DNA from: Alphaproteobacteria bacterium
Lineage (GTDB): Bacteria > Pseudomonadota > Alphaproteobacteria > UBA8366
Assembly (NCBI GenBank): GCA_050250795.1
Contig: JBFWNZ010000001.1
Span: forward strand, 1 to 41,144
Length of the DNA stretch: 41,144 nucleotides
Reading direction: 5' to 3'
Shown: piece after piece, positions 10,245 to 18,955 of the stretch
Numbering within the stretch: the stretch's first letter is position 1
How the letters are laid out: each line of letters begins with the position of its first letter
Notes under the pieces: generated by a model
Database searches by the model: none
Told to the model about the DNA's origin: nothing
The model's input: the letters and a program-made list of their open reading frames with translations, nothing else
Position numbers and translations under genes: made by a program

Positions 10245-11669
10245 ATGACCGATCCCGTTGCCGGCGGTCCGGCACAACCAGGCAAGATCGCGAGTGCGGC
10301 CAGCGCGCCGGCAGGCATGCCGACCGGCGGCCTTGCCGCGCAGGGACGCGCGCTGGAGGAGAAGCAGGCCTTTGCAGAGGCCGCGCAGCTCTACGCGCTC
10401 TGGACCGGCATGGCGCCGCGCGATCCTGCCGCCTGGGCCGCGCTGGGCCGGGCCGAAATGCGCTGCCTGCGCGGCCGGGCGGCCGCGGCAGCTTTGAGCG
10501 AAGCCGCGCGGCTGGCGCCACGCGCCTACGCCATCCATCGCGATCTGGCCGCCGTCCTGACCGCCATCGGCCGCGCCGCCGAAGGCCAAGCGATGCTGCG
10601 GGCCCATTTCGCACAGTTTCCGCTGCTCGCGCTGCCGAGCCAGGCGCCGGTCGACGCGCCGGCTATCCTCATTTTCCGCGGTTTCAGCGGTACGCGCGCC
10701 GTTCTGGTGCGCAGCCGCATGCATGGCACGCGCGCAATGTTGCGCGGGGGCCATATGTCGCTCGAAGGATTGCTGGATCAGGACCGCATGCGGTCCATCG
10801 AATATACCGTCGCCGGCAACAATCTGAATTCATCGCCGCCGCCCGCCGCCTCGGTGTGGTTCAACAGCATCGCCGACCCCGATCTCGAACGCGAGACGCT
10901 TCAGTCGCTGACGGATCATCTGGAGGCGACCGGGCGCGCCTGCGTGAACCCTCCGGCGCGGGTGCTCGCGACCACGCGCGACGGCAATGCCCGCCGGCTG
11001 GCGCGTATTCCGGACATGGTGGTGCCGCGGACCCTCCGCGTTCCCGTTGCCGGGCGACCCACCGCCGAAATTGCCGCCGAGATCGCCGAGCATGGCCTTA
11101 CTCCCCCGCTGGTCCTGCAACGGGCAGGGACCATACTGGCCGATGCGCCGGTGCTGGCGCGCAAACGCGACGACATCGACGCATTCATCGTCGCAAACGC
11201 GGGCGACGAGTTCATCTATGCCGCCACCTACATCGACAACCCATATCGCGACCGACTGTACAACCGGAAACGGATGTTCTTCATCGACGGCAAGCCTTAT
11301 CCCGCCGCCTCCCATCTCGACGAGGACTGGGCGGTGAAAAGTGCGAACCGTCGAAAGGTCATGGCCCCTCATGTCTGGATGATGGAGCAGGAGCAGGAAT
11401 TCCTGGTCGATCCCGAGGCGTCGATCGGCGGCCTTGCCTTCTCGACCCTCGCCGAACTGCCCGATGCCATCGGCCTCGACTTCTTCGGCGTCGACTTCTC
11501 CGTCCTGCCGGACGGACGGCCGCTCGTCTACGCCGTCGGCGCCGCGATGGAGCCGGGCTTCGACCAGCCGCGCAGTTTCCCCTATACGCGACCGCATCTG
11601 CAGCGTATCGCCCAGGCCTTCCGCACCATGCTCGCGACACGGGTCGCCCCGCGCCCTCCCCTGCGATAG
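10245..11669 (+). CDS. TPR-repeat protein with a C-terminal ATP-grasp-like (RimK/glutathione-synthetase-type) domain
   Basis: 474-aa ORF. The N-terminus has Ala/Leu-rich TPR-like helices (AFAEAAQLYALWTGMAPRDPAAWAALGRAE). The C-terminus has IGLDFFGVDFSVLPDGRPLVYAVGAAM, which resembles ATP-grasp ligase cores seen in TPR fusion proteins. Confidence 0.6.
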   Translation: MTDPVAGGPAQPGKIASAASAPAGMPTGGLAAQGRALEEKQAFAEAAQLYALWTGMAPRDPAAWAALGRAEMRCLRGRAAAAALSEAARLAPRAYAIHRDLAAVLTAIGRAAEGQAMLRAHFAQFPLLALPSQAPVDAPAILIFRGFSGTRAVLVRSRMHGTRAMLRGGHMSLEGLLDQDRMRSIEYTVAGNNLNSSPPPAASVWFNSIADPDLERETLQSLTDHLEATGRACVNPPARVLATTRDGNARRLARIPDMVVPRTLRVPVAGRPTAEIAAEIAEHGLTPPLVLQRAGTILADAPVLARKRDDIDAFIVANAGDEFIYAATYIDNPYRDRLYNRKRMFFIDGKPYPAASHLDEDWAVKSANRRKVMAPHVWMMEQEQEFLVDPEASIGGLAFSTLAELPDAIGLDFFGVDFSVLPDGRPLVYAVGAAMEPGFDQPRSFPYTRPHLQRIAQAFRTMLATRVAPRPPLR

Positions 11670-11758
11670 ATCGCCGCCCGAGCGGCGAAAGATCGTGCCG
11701 ATAGGCCCCCCGCCGCGTATCCTTTCGACCGGCACGCTACAGCTGCACAGGAGCCGGC

Positions 11759-13147
11759 ATGGACATCGATGCCCTGCTACTGGCGCGTATCCAGTTCGCG
11801 TTCACCGTCTCGTTCCACATCCTGTTCCCGTCCTTCACCATCGGGCTGGCCAGCTATCTCGCCGTGCTCGAAGGGCTGTGGCTATGGCGGAAGCAGGATG
11901 TCTATCTGCGCCTGTACCGCTACTGGTCGAAGATATTCGCCCTGTCCTTCGGCATGGGCGTCGTCTCCGGCATCGTCATGAGCTACCAGTTCGGCACCAA
12001 CTGGGGGCCGTTCGCGGAACGGACGGGCCCGGTGCTGGGGCCCTTGCTGGGATATGAAGTCCTGACGGCCTTCTTCCTGGAGGCCGGCTTCCTTGGGGTA
12101 ATGCTGTTCGGCATGGGCCGTGTCGGGCGCGGCCTGCATTTCACGGCCACGCTGATGGTCGCCGTCGGCACGCTGATATCGGCCTTCTGGATTCTCTCCG
12201 CCAACAGCTGGATGCAGACACCGGCCGGCCACGCGATCGTCGACGGCGTCTTCATGCCGGAGGATTGGTGGGCGGTCATCTTCAACCCGTCCTTCCCCTA
12301 CCGGCTGGTCCATATGGTGCTGGCGGCTTATCTGACGACCGCCTTTGCGGTGGGCGCAGCCGGGGCCTGGCATCTGCTTCGCGACCGCAGCGACGCCGCG
12401 GCGCGAACGATGTTTTCGATGGCGATGTGGATGGCCGCAGCGGTCGCGCCGTTGCAACTGGTGGCCGGCGACCTGCACGGGCTGAATACGCTGGAGCACC
12501 AGCCGGCAAAGGTCGCGGCCATGGAGGGGCATTGGGAAACGCGTGCCGGGCAGCCGCTGTTCCTGTTCGGCTGGCCCGACATGGCGGCAGAAGAGACGCG
12601 GTTCGCCGTCGCCGTGCCGAAGCTGGGCAGCCTTATCCTGACCCACGACAGCGAGGGCACCGTTCGGGGTTTGAAGGAATGGCCGCCGGAGGAAAGGCCG
12701 AACGCGACGATTCTGTTCTGGAGCTTCCGGATAATGGTCGGGCTCGGCCTGCTGATGATCGCGACGGGCTTGGCCAGCCTGTATCTGCGGGTGCGCCGGC
12801 GGCTTTATGAAACGCCGGCCATGCATCGGCTCGCGCTGGCCATGGGTCCTGCGGGCTTTATCGCCATCCTCGCCGGCTGGGTGACGACGGAGGTCGGCCG
12901 GCAGCCCTATCTCGTCTACGGGCTGATGCACCGGACGGAGGGCGTGTCGCCCGTCGCAGCACCGGCCGTCGCCGGCTCGCTGATCGCGTTCGTCGTCGTC
13001 TACCTCGCCGTGTTCGGCGCCGGCATCTGGTATCTGCTGCATCTGATGCACCGGCCGGTTCCGATGGCGGCCGGCCCCGTGGAGCCGGAGGACGAAGCAC
13101 CGCCGCCGGTCCTGGCAGGGCGCGATTTCGAAGGAGAGGCGCCATGA
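11759..13147 (+). CDS. cydA: Cytochrome bd-type ubiquinol oxidase subunit I (short Q-loop, CIO-like)
   Basis: 462-aa ORF with LLARIQFAFTVSFHILFPSFTIGLA, multiple TM segments and an AGGAG SD upstream. Confidence 0.9.
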   Translation: MDIDALLLARIQFAFTVSFHILFPSFTIGLASYLAVLEGLWLWRKQDVYLRLYRYWSKIFALSFGMGVVSGIVMSYQFGTNWGPFAERTGPVLGPLLGYEVLTAFFLEAGFLGVMLFGMGRVGRGLHFTATLMVAVGTLISAFWILSANSWMQTPAGHAIVDGVFMPEDWWAVIFNPSFPYRLVHMVLAAYLTTAFAVGAAGAWHLLRDRSDAAARTMFSMAMWMAAAVAPLQLVAGDLHGLNTLEHQPAKVAAMEGHWETRAGQPLFLFGWPDMAAEETRFAVAVPKLGSLILTHDSEGTVRGLKEWPPEERPNATILFWSFRIMVGLGLLMIATGLASLYLRVRRRLYETPAMHRLALAMGPAGFIAILAGWVTTEVGRQPYLVYGLMHRTEGVSPVAAPAVAGSLIAFVVVYLAVFGAGIWYLLHLMHRPVPMAAGPVEPEDEAPPPVLAGRDFEGEAP

Positions 13148-14145
13148 CGATCGACCTCCCGCTCGTCTGGGCCGTGCTCATCGCCACTGCCGTCCTGCTC
13201 TATGTGACCATAGACGGGTTCGACCTGGGCGTGGGGATACTGTTCCCCACGATCCGCAACGAAAAGGACCGCGACACGGCGATCAACAGCATCGCACCGG
13301 TCTGGGACGGCAACGAGACCTGGCTGGTGCTGGGCGGCGGCGGACTGTTCGCGGTGTTCCCGCTGGCATACTCCGTTCTTTTCACGGCGCTCTATGCGCC
13401 GCTGATCGCGATGCTGCTCGCGCTGGTATTCAGGGGCGTGGCGTTCGAGTTCCGGTTCAAGGACCCGCGGCATCGCCCCTATTGGGACATCGCCTTCGCG
13501 GGTGGCTCGATCTTCGCGACGATCTGTCAGGGCATCGTGCTCGGCGCCTTCGTGCAGGGCATCGCCGTGGCCGATGGCCGGTATGCCGGCGGGTGGTTCG
13601 ACTGGCTGTCCCCGTTCAGCCTCTTCTGCGCCGTGGCATTGCTGGCCGGCTACGCCCTGCTGGGGGCGACCTGGCTGGTAATGAAGACCGAGGCCGATCT
13701 GCGGCGCCGGATGCAGTCGCTCGTGCTGCCGCTGACGGCGGCGGTGCTGCTCGCCATCGCCGGAACCAGCCTGTGGACGCCGCTGCTCAATGCGACCATC
13801 GCCGACCGCTGGTTCGTCTGGCCGAACCTGCTCTGGCTGTCGCCGGTCCCGCTGCTGGTCCTGATATCCGGCGGGATGATCTGGCGGGCGGTCCGCCGGC
13901 AGCACGACGTGCAGCCCTTCCTGTTCGCGCTCGCCCTGTTCCTGCTGTCCTATCTCGGCCTCGGCATCAGCCTGTTCCCGAACATCGTGCCGCCGGACAT
14001 CGACATCTGGATGGCCGCCGGGCCGGATGCAAGCCTGGGCTTCCTGCTGATCGGAACCGTGGTTCTGCTGCCGACGGTCCTGGCCTATACCGGCTATGTC
14101 TACTGGATTTTCCGCGGCAAGGTGCGGGACGAGGGATACCATTGA
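13144..14145 (+). CDS. cydB: Cytochrome bd-type ubiquinol oxidase subunit II
   Basis: 333-aa polytopic ORF that overlaps cydA by 4 nt. DGFDLGVGILFP and WDGNETWLVLGGG motifs are present. Confidence 0.9.
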   Translation: MTIDLPLVWAVLIATAVLLYVTIDGFDLGVGILFPTIRNEKDRDTAINSIAPVWDGNETWLVLGGGGLFAVFPLAYSVLFTALYAPLIAMLLALVFRGVAFEFRFKDPRHRPYWDIAFAGGSIFATICQGIVLGAFVQGIAVADGRYAGGWFDWLSPFSLFCAVALLAGYALLGATWLVMKTEADLRRRMQSLVLPLTAAVLLAIAGTSLWTPLLNATIADRWFVWPNLLWLSPVPLLVLISGGMIWRAVRRQHDVQPFLFALALFLLSYLGLGISLFPNIVPPDIDIWMAAGPDASLGFLLIGTVVLLPTVLAYTGYVYWIFRGKVRDEGYH

Positions 14146-14270
14146 CGCAGGCTCGCCTGCGCCGTCTGCTCTGGTTCTTCGCCCTCTGGGCTGCCGGGGT
14201 TCTGACCGTCGGCGCCGTCGCCTATCTGCTGCGCGCGATCGTGGGTTTCGTCTACGGTCCCGCCGCATGA
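14142..14270 (+). CDS. DUF2474-like single-TM peptide (42 aa) downstream of cydB
   Basis: A TTG at 14142 overlaps the cydB TGA (TTGA). The translation is (M)TQARLRRLLWFFALWAAGVLTVGAVAYLLRAIVGFVYGPAA. The family is commonly encoded after cioB/cydB. Confidence 0.55.
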   Translation: MTQARLRRLLWFFALWAAGVLTVGAVAYLLRAIVGFVYGPAA

Positions 14271-14358
14271 CAGCCGCCGCCTATTCCTCCTAAGATGATG
14301 CCCACTCCGGCCGCCATGCCCCGGCGGACGGCAAGAACGCACAGGGAGGGACGGGCGC

Positions 14359-15147
14359 ATGCGCTGGATACGCTACGAGGCCGACGGCAAGGCCCATTAC
14401 GGCATCCTGGAAGGCAACGAGATCGCAGAGGTCCAGGGCGACCCCTTCGACGGCTATGAGACGACGAGGACGCGGCGCCGGCTCGATGCCGTCAAGATTC
14501 TGGTCCCTGTTCCCAATCCGCCGAACTTCTATGCGGCCGGCCTGAACTATCCCGAGCATGTGATGGAGATGGCCCACAAGAAGGGCGAGACCCCGAAGCT
14601 GCCGGAAGCCGCGGATATCGGCTATCGCTCCGCCAACGCGCTGATCGCCCATGGCGAATGCATCGTCATCCCCGCCGACGCGACCGAACGGGTTCAGTAC
14701 GAAGGCGAGATCGTCGTCGTGATCGGCAAGACGGCGAAGAACCTGACCGAAGAGAACGCGCTGGACTGCGTGCTGGGCTACACCATCGGCAACGATGTCA
14801 GCGAACGGACCTGGCAGCAAAACGACCGGACCCTATGGCGCGGCAAGAATTCCGACACCTTCAAGCCGATGGGACCCTGGATCGAGACCGATCTGGATGT
14901 CGATGCGGCGATGACGACGGTGCGCCTGAACGGCAAGGACGAGATCGCCTTCCGCACCAACAGCATGATCTTCGGCATCCGCACCTTCCTGGCGCGCATG
15001 TCGAAATACCTGACGCTCCACCCCCGCGACATCGTCTGGATGGGAACCGAGGGCGCCACGGGAAACATCAAGCATGGCGACGTGGTGGAGGTGGAGATCA
15101 CGGGGCTCGGCCTGCTTCGCAACCCCGTCATCCGCGACGGGCAGTAA
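14359..15147 (+). CDS. Fumarylacetoacetate hydrolase (FAH) family protein
   Basis: 262-aa ORF with EGEIVVVIGKTAKNL, LGYTIGNDVSERTWQ and KNSDTFKPMGPW motifs. GGGAGGG SD upstream. Confidence 0.85.
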   Translation: MRWIRYEADGKAHYGILEGNEIAEVQGDPFDGYETTRTRRRLDAVKILVPVPNPPNFYAAGLNYPEHVMEMAHKKGETPKLPEAADIGYRSANALIAHGECIVIPADATERVQYEGEIVVVIGKTAKNLTEENALDCVLGYTIGNDVSERTWQQNDRTLWRGKNSDTFKPMGPWIETDLDVDAAMTTVRLNGKDEIAFRTNSMIFGIRTFLARMSKYLTLHPRDIVWMGTEGATGNIKHGDVVEVEITGLGLLRNPVIRDGQ

Positions 15148-15199
15148 CGGCCGGCGGGCATCCTGCGACGCATCGCCCATTGGCGAAAACGGCCGGAAT

Positions 15200-15212
15200 T
15201 ACTAATTTAGTA
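15200..15212. promoter_or_regulatory. Perfect 13-bp AT-rich palindrome TACTAATTTAGTA, a possible operator upstream of the cupin gene
   Basis: Read directly from the sequence. It lies 41 nt upstream of the ATG at 15253, inside an otherwise GC-rich intergenic region. Confidence 0.25.
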
Positions 15213-15252
15213 CCGATAGGGGAATTTCGATCCGCGAGGAGGAGACACCGAC

Positions 15253-15771
15253 ATGTCCTACACATTGGAACAGTTCGCCAAGGACGCGCATGACGCGATT
15301 GCGGCCGATCCGGGCCCCAAGGGGCGCGAGAAGGTTCGCCAGTGCCTGTCGAAGGCGCTGATGGACGACCAGTTCATCAGCAAGCATCTCGGCGACCAGG
15401 CCACGTCGCAGCGCGAGATCCTGTACGAAGATCCCGATTTCGGCTTCGTCATCCTGGCGCATGTCTACAAGGGCCCGAAGGATTCCAGCCCGCACGATCA
15501 CGGCCATGCCTGGGCCATCTACGGCCAGGGCTATGGCGAGACCACGATGAACGTGTACCGCAAGGTCAAGGAGCCCAAGGACGGCCAGCCCGGCTTGGCG
15601 GCCGTCGAAGGCAGCTATGTGATGAAGCGCGGCGACGCCTATCTCTACAACGAGGGCGACCTCCACTCGCCGCATCGCACCTCCGAGACGCGCCTGATCC
15701 GCATCGAAGGCGTGAACATGGAGACGGTGAAGCGCGACAAGTACGAGGTTGCGCCGAAGCAGGCGGCCTGA
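15253..15771 (+). CDS. Cupin-fold protein (cysteine-dioxygenase-like / metal-binding cupin)
   Basis: 172-aa ORF with a His cluster PHDHGHAWAIYGQ followed by EGDLHSPH, which is a cupin-type metal-ligand spacing. GAGGAGGAG SD upstream. Confidence 0.6.
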   Translation: MSYTLEQFAKDAHDAIAADPGPKGREKVRQCLSKALMDDQFISKHLGDQATSQREILYEDPDFGFVILAHVYKGPKDSSPHDHGHAWAIYGQGYGETTMNVYRKVKEPKDGQPGLAAVEGSYVMKRGDAYLYNEGDLHSPHRTSETRLIRIEGVNMETVKRDKYEVAPKQAA

Positions 15772-15819
15772 TCCGCTGCCGATGGACGATCGAGCGGGGC
15801 GGCCTTGTGCCGCCCCGTT

Positions 15820-16737
15820 TCATTTTGGGCTCGGCCCGCCCGCCCCGACGATCCGCAAGCCGTGCTTTTCCTCGCGGGCCCGGAACAGATGCGCGATGAG
15901 GTCGCCGCCATGACCCATGGCGACGGCCTCCGCATAGACCGCATGCACGGCATCGTTCAGCGCAATCCGGGTTCCCACCGACTCCGCGAGGTCGCGCGCC
16001 AGCGCGGCATCCTTCATCGCGTTCGCGATCTCGAACTGATAGCCGTCCAGCCGCCCCTCGGTCACGGCCGGCATCAGCCGCTGCATGATGACGTTGCAGG
16101 CCGAACCGGCCAGCAGGACGCGCGCCAGCTTGTCCAGATCGACCCCGGCGGCGGCGGCCGTCGTCATCGTCTGCGTGACCAGGCAGGACATGCCCATGGT
16201 GATGAAGTTGTTGGCGATCTTCGCCGAATGGCCGGCGCCGCACGGCCCGAAATGCTCCACCGTCTCGGAATAGCAGTCGAGGATCGGCCGCAACCGCCCG
16301 AAGGCCGCATCCGACCCGCCGACGAGGCTGAGCAGCCGTCCCGCCTCGGAATCCTTGGGCCCGCGCGTGACCGGGGCGTCGGCCATCTCGATCCCGCGTT
16401 CCGCCAGCGCCGCGGCCAGCCGCCGGGTGGAGGCCGGATCGCTGGTCGAGCAATCGACGACCAGCAGGCCGGGCCGCGCCGCCTCGGCGACGCCGCCGGG
16501 ACCGAGCAGGACCGCTTCCACCTGCGGGCTGGCGGTCACGCACAGCATCACCACATCCGACCGTTCCGCGAGCGCGCGCGGCGTCGGCGCCTCGGCCGCC
16601 CCCTGCGCGACGAGGTCCTCCACCGGTGCCCGGTTGCGGTGCGCCATCACCGTCAGCGGCCATCCCTTGCGCAGGATGTTCTTGGCCATGCCATGGCCCA
16701 TCAGGCCCACGCCGATGAAGCCCACCCGCTCGGTCAT
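15820..16737 (-). CDS. NAD(P)-dependent oxidoreductase, 3-hydroxyisobutyrate/6-phosphogluconate dehydrogenase-like
   Basis: 305-aa ORF with an N-terminal Rossmann motif VGFIGVGLMGHGMAKN and a typical HIBADH-family length. Confidence 0.85.
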   Translation of the reverse strand: MTERVGFIGVGLMGHGMAKNILRKGWPLTVMAHRNRAPVEDLVAQGAAEAPTPRALAERSDVVMLCVTASPQVEAVLLGPGGVAEAARPGLLVVDCSTSDPASTRRLAAALAERGIEMADAPVTRGPKDSEAGRLLSLVGGSDAAFGRLRPILDCYSETVEHFGPCGAGHSAKIANNFITMGMSCLVTQTMTTAAAAGVDLDKLARVLLAGSACNVIMQRLMPAVTEGRLDGYQFEIANAMKDAALARDLAESVGTRIALNDAVHAVYAEAVAMGHGGDLIAHLFRAREEKHGLRIVGAGGPSPK

Positions 16738-16793
16738 GCTCGTGCTCCCCGTGCTGTTGCGCTAGGCTGGGCCACCCCGACCGGAGAACTGCC

Positions 16794-17138
16794 CTGCGCC
16801 TCGCGATCCTCGCCGCCGCCATCCTCTGCCTGTTGCCGGGCGCGGTCTTCGCCCATGACGGTCCGCTGGACCGGATGGGCTGTCACGCCGATGCGGTCGC
16901 CCGCAACTACCACTGCCATGTCGGCCCGCTCGCCGGCCGCAGCTTCGCCGGCCGGGAGGATGCCTTGCAGGCGCTGCGGCGTCAGCAGGCCGCCGATCCC
17001 GGCCGGACGGTGGGCGAGACGCCGCGCGGCTGCTGCATGATCTGCCGCGAGGGCAAGCCCTGCGGCGACATCTGCATACCGGCCGACCAGGTCTGCCGCC
17101 GGCCGGCCGGTTGCGCCTGCAATGCGCTGGGGCGTTAG
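16794..17138 (+). CDS. Secreted YHYH-domain protein with a Cys-rich C-terminus. Probable non-canonical CTG start.
   Basis: HDGPLDRMGCHADAVARNYHCH is the YHYH-family motif. The in-frame upstream sequence encodes a signal peptide (M)RLAILAAAILCLLPGAVFA|HDG, with GGAGA 6 nt upstream of the CTG at 16794. No ATG or GTG is in frame after the stop at 16716. The track start (TTG at 16833) would remove the signal peptide. Confidence 0.6.
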   Translation: MRLAILAAAILCLLPGAVFAHDGPLDRMGCHADAVARNYHCHVGPLAGRSFAGREDALQALRRQQAADPGRTVGETPRGCCMICREGKPCGDICIPADQVCRRPAGCACNALGR

Positions 17139-17920
17139 GACTTCACCGACCAGGCGCCGTCGATCGGCAGGGTCGCCCCGTTGATCTCGCTCGCCCCGTC
17201 CGAGCACAGGAAGGTCACGAAGGACGCCACCTGCTCCGGCTTGACGAAGCGCCGCGAGGGCTGGCGGATCGCCATCAGATTGTACTCGGCCTCCTCGAAG
17301 GTCTGGCCGGTCTTCTCCATATGCGCATTGACCACGCGCATGCTGTGCGTGCCCAGAATCCAGCCGGGGCAGACCGCGTTGCAGGTGACGCCGCTCTCCG
17401 CCACCTCCAGCGCGATGCCCTTGGTCAGGCCCAGCATGGCCGCCTTGGTCGTCACGTAGTCGATGCGGTTCGGCACCGCCAGCAGGGCATAGATGGACGA
17501 GATGTTGATGATCCGGCCCCAGTTGCGCTCAAGCATCTTCGGCATCGCCTCGCGCGCTGCGTAGAAGGCGGCCGAGAGGTTGACGCGCAAGGCGCGCTCC
17601 CAGGCGTCGTCGGGGAAGTTCTGGAACTTGTCCGAATGGCGGACCCCGGCATTGTTGACCACGATGTCGAGCGATCCCAGCGCGGTCTCGGTCTCCGCCA
17701 CCATCTTCTTGATCGCGGCCGGATCGTTCAAATCGGCGATCCGATAGTCCACCTTGACACCGTAATCCGCGATCATCCGGTCGCGCTGCTTCTCGATCTT
17801 TTCGGGATCGCGGAAGCCGTTGAGCATGACGTTGGCGCCGGCCTCGGCCAGCGCATTGGCGATGGCGATGCCGAGGCTGCCGGACGAGCCGGTGACGAGC
17901 GCGCCTTTTCCCTTAAGCAT
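17135..17920 (-). CDS. bdhA: 3-hydroxybutyrate dehydrogenase (SDR family)
   Basis: 261-aa ORF with GKGALVTGSSGSLGIAIA (TGxxxGxG). It resembles BdhA-type SDRs overall (NAGVRHSDKF..., ...YVTTKAA...). Confidence 0.8.
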   Translation of the reverse strand: MLKGKGALVTGSSGSLGIAIANALAEAGANVMLNGFRDPEKIEKQRDRMIADYGVKVDYRIADLNDPAAIKKMVAETETALGSLDIVVNNAGVRHSDKFQNFPDDAWERALRVNLSAAFYAAREAMPKMLERNWGRIINISSIYALLAVPNRIDYVTTKAAMLGLTKGIALEVAESGVTCNAVCPGWILGTHSMRVVNAHMEKTGQTFEEAEYNLMAIRQPSRRFVKPEQVASFVTFLCSDGASEINGATLPIDGAWSVKS

Positions 17921-17980
17921 TCTTGTACCTCCCTGGATTGTCCCCGATTGCGGCCCGGTCGGCCGCGCGGATGCGGTACC

Positions 17981-18868
17981 TTAGCCCTTGAAGAAGCGCA
18001 TGAACCAGCCGAAGAGTTCGTCCGGCGCATGTTCGGGAACGTAGTGGCCGCAAGCGATGGGACCGCCCGTCACCTCGCCGGCGATCCGGTCGCGCCAGAT
18101 GTCGAGAACGTCCTTGTAGACCTTGCCGGTATGGCTGTCGGCGCCCCAGACGACCAGGGTCGGGCATTTCACCTTGTTGCCGGCCTTGTAATCCGCCTCG
18201 TCCAGCTCGAAGTCGATGGTCGCGCAGGCGCGATAGTCCTCGCAGCTCGCATGGATCGTCTTCCAGTTGAAGCAGCGGACGTATTCGGCGAAGGCTTCCT
18301 TGGTGAAGGGGGCGAGGCCGATGCCCTTCTTGCCCAGCTTCTTCTCCATGTACCACTCGGCCGGAACCGCGGCCATCATCCGCTCGGGGAAGTCGTAGGG
18401 CTGGATCATGAAGACCCAGTGCCACGAGTTCGTCGCCCAGTTCTTCGAGGTATGGGTCCAGACGTGATAGCTGGGCAGGATATCGACGAAGGCCGCGCGC
18501 TGGATTCGCTCCGGATGGTCCAGGGACATGCGGTGCGCAGTGCGCGCGCCGCGGTCGTGGCCCGCGACCATGAAGGTCTTGTAGCCCAGCGCCTCCATCA
18601 CATCGACCTGGTCCTGCGCCATGGCGCGGAAGGAATAGGGTGCATGCCGCTCGTCGGTCGGCGGCGCCGAGCTGTCGCCATAGCCGCGCAGATCGGCGGC
18701 CACGACATGGAAATGCTCGGCCAGCCGGTTGGCGATCTTGTGCCAGGACACATGGCTCAGCGGGTTGCCGTGCAGCAGCAGCAGCGGCGGGCCGCTGCCG
18801 CCGTGCTTCAGGCGGATGCGCGCACCGCCGCTGGTTTCGATATCGGTCTGGGTAAACCCTTCGAACAT
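17981..18868 (-). CDS. Alpha/beta hydrolase, haloacetate (fluoroacetate) dehalogenase family
   Basis: MFEGF...LLLLHGNPLSHVSWHKIA...ADLRGYGDSS...YSFRAMAQDQ...GHDRGARTAHRM...SWHWVF...SCEDYRA...CGHYVPE is collinear with the fluoroacetate dehalogenase family as I recall it. Confidence 0.8.
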   Translation of the reverse strand: MFEGFTQTDIETSGGARIRLKHGGSGPPLLLLHGNPLSHVSWHKIANRLAEHFHVVAADLRGYGDSSAPPTDERHAPYSFRAMAQDQVDVMEALGYKTFMVAGHDRGARTAHRMSLDHPERIQRAAFVDILPSYHVWTHTSKNWATNSWHWVFMIQPYDFPERMMAAVPAEWYMEKKLGKKGIGLAPFTKEAFAEYVRCFNWKTIHASCEDYRACATIDFELDEADYKAGNKVKCPTLVVWGADSHTGKVYKDVLDIWRDRIAGEVTGGPIACGHYVPEHAPDELFGWFMRFFKG

Positions 18869-18955
18869 GCCGTCTTCCTCCCTCGGCGCCGTTGGCGCGC
18901 CTGCGGGAGGGAGACTAGCACTCGAAATTGCGTCGCGATATCGCTTCGCAACCGC

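Noticed and set aside
11882-14268. Minus-strand ORFs 11882..13051 (389 aa) and 13000..14268 (422 aa)
   Set aside because: They are antisense to cydA and cydB, whose translations are unmistakably polytopic oxidase subunits. The minus-strand products are Arg/His/Gln/Pro-rich with no motifs.
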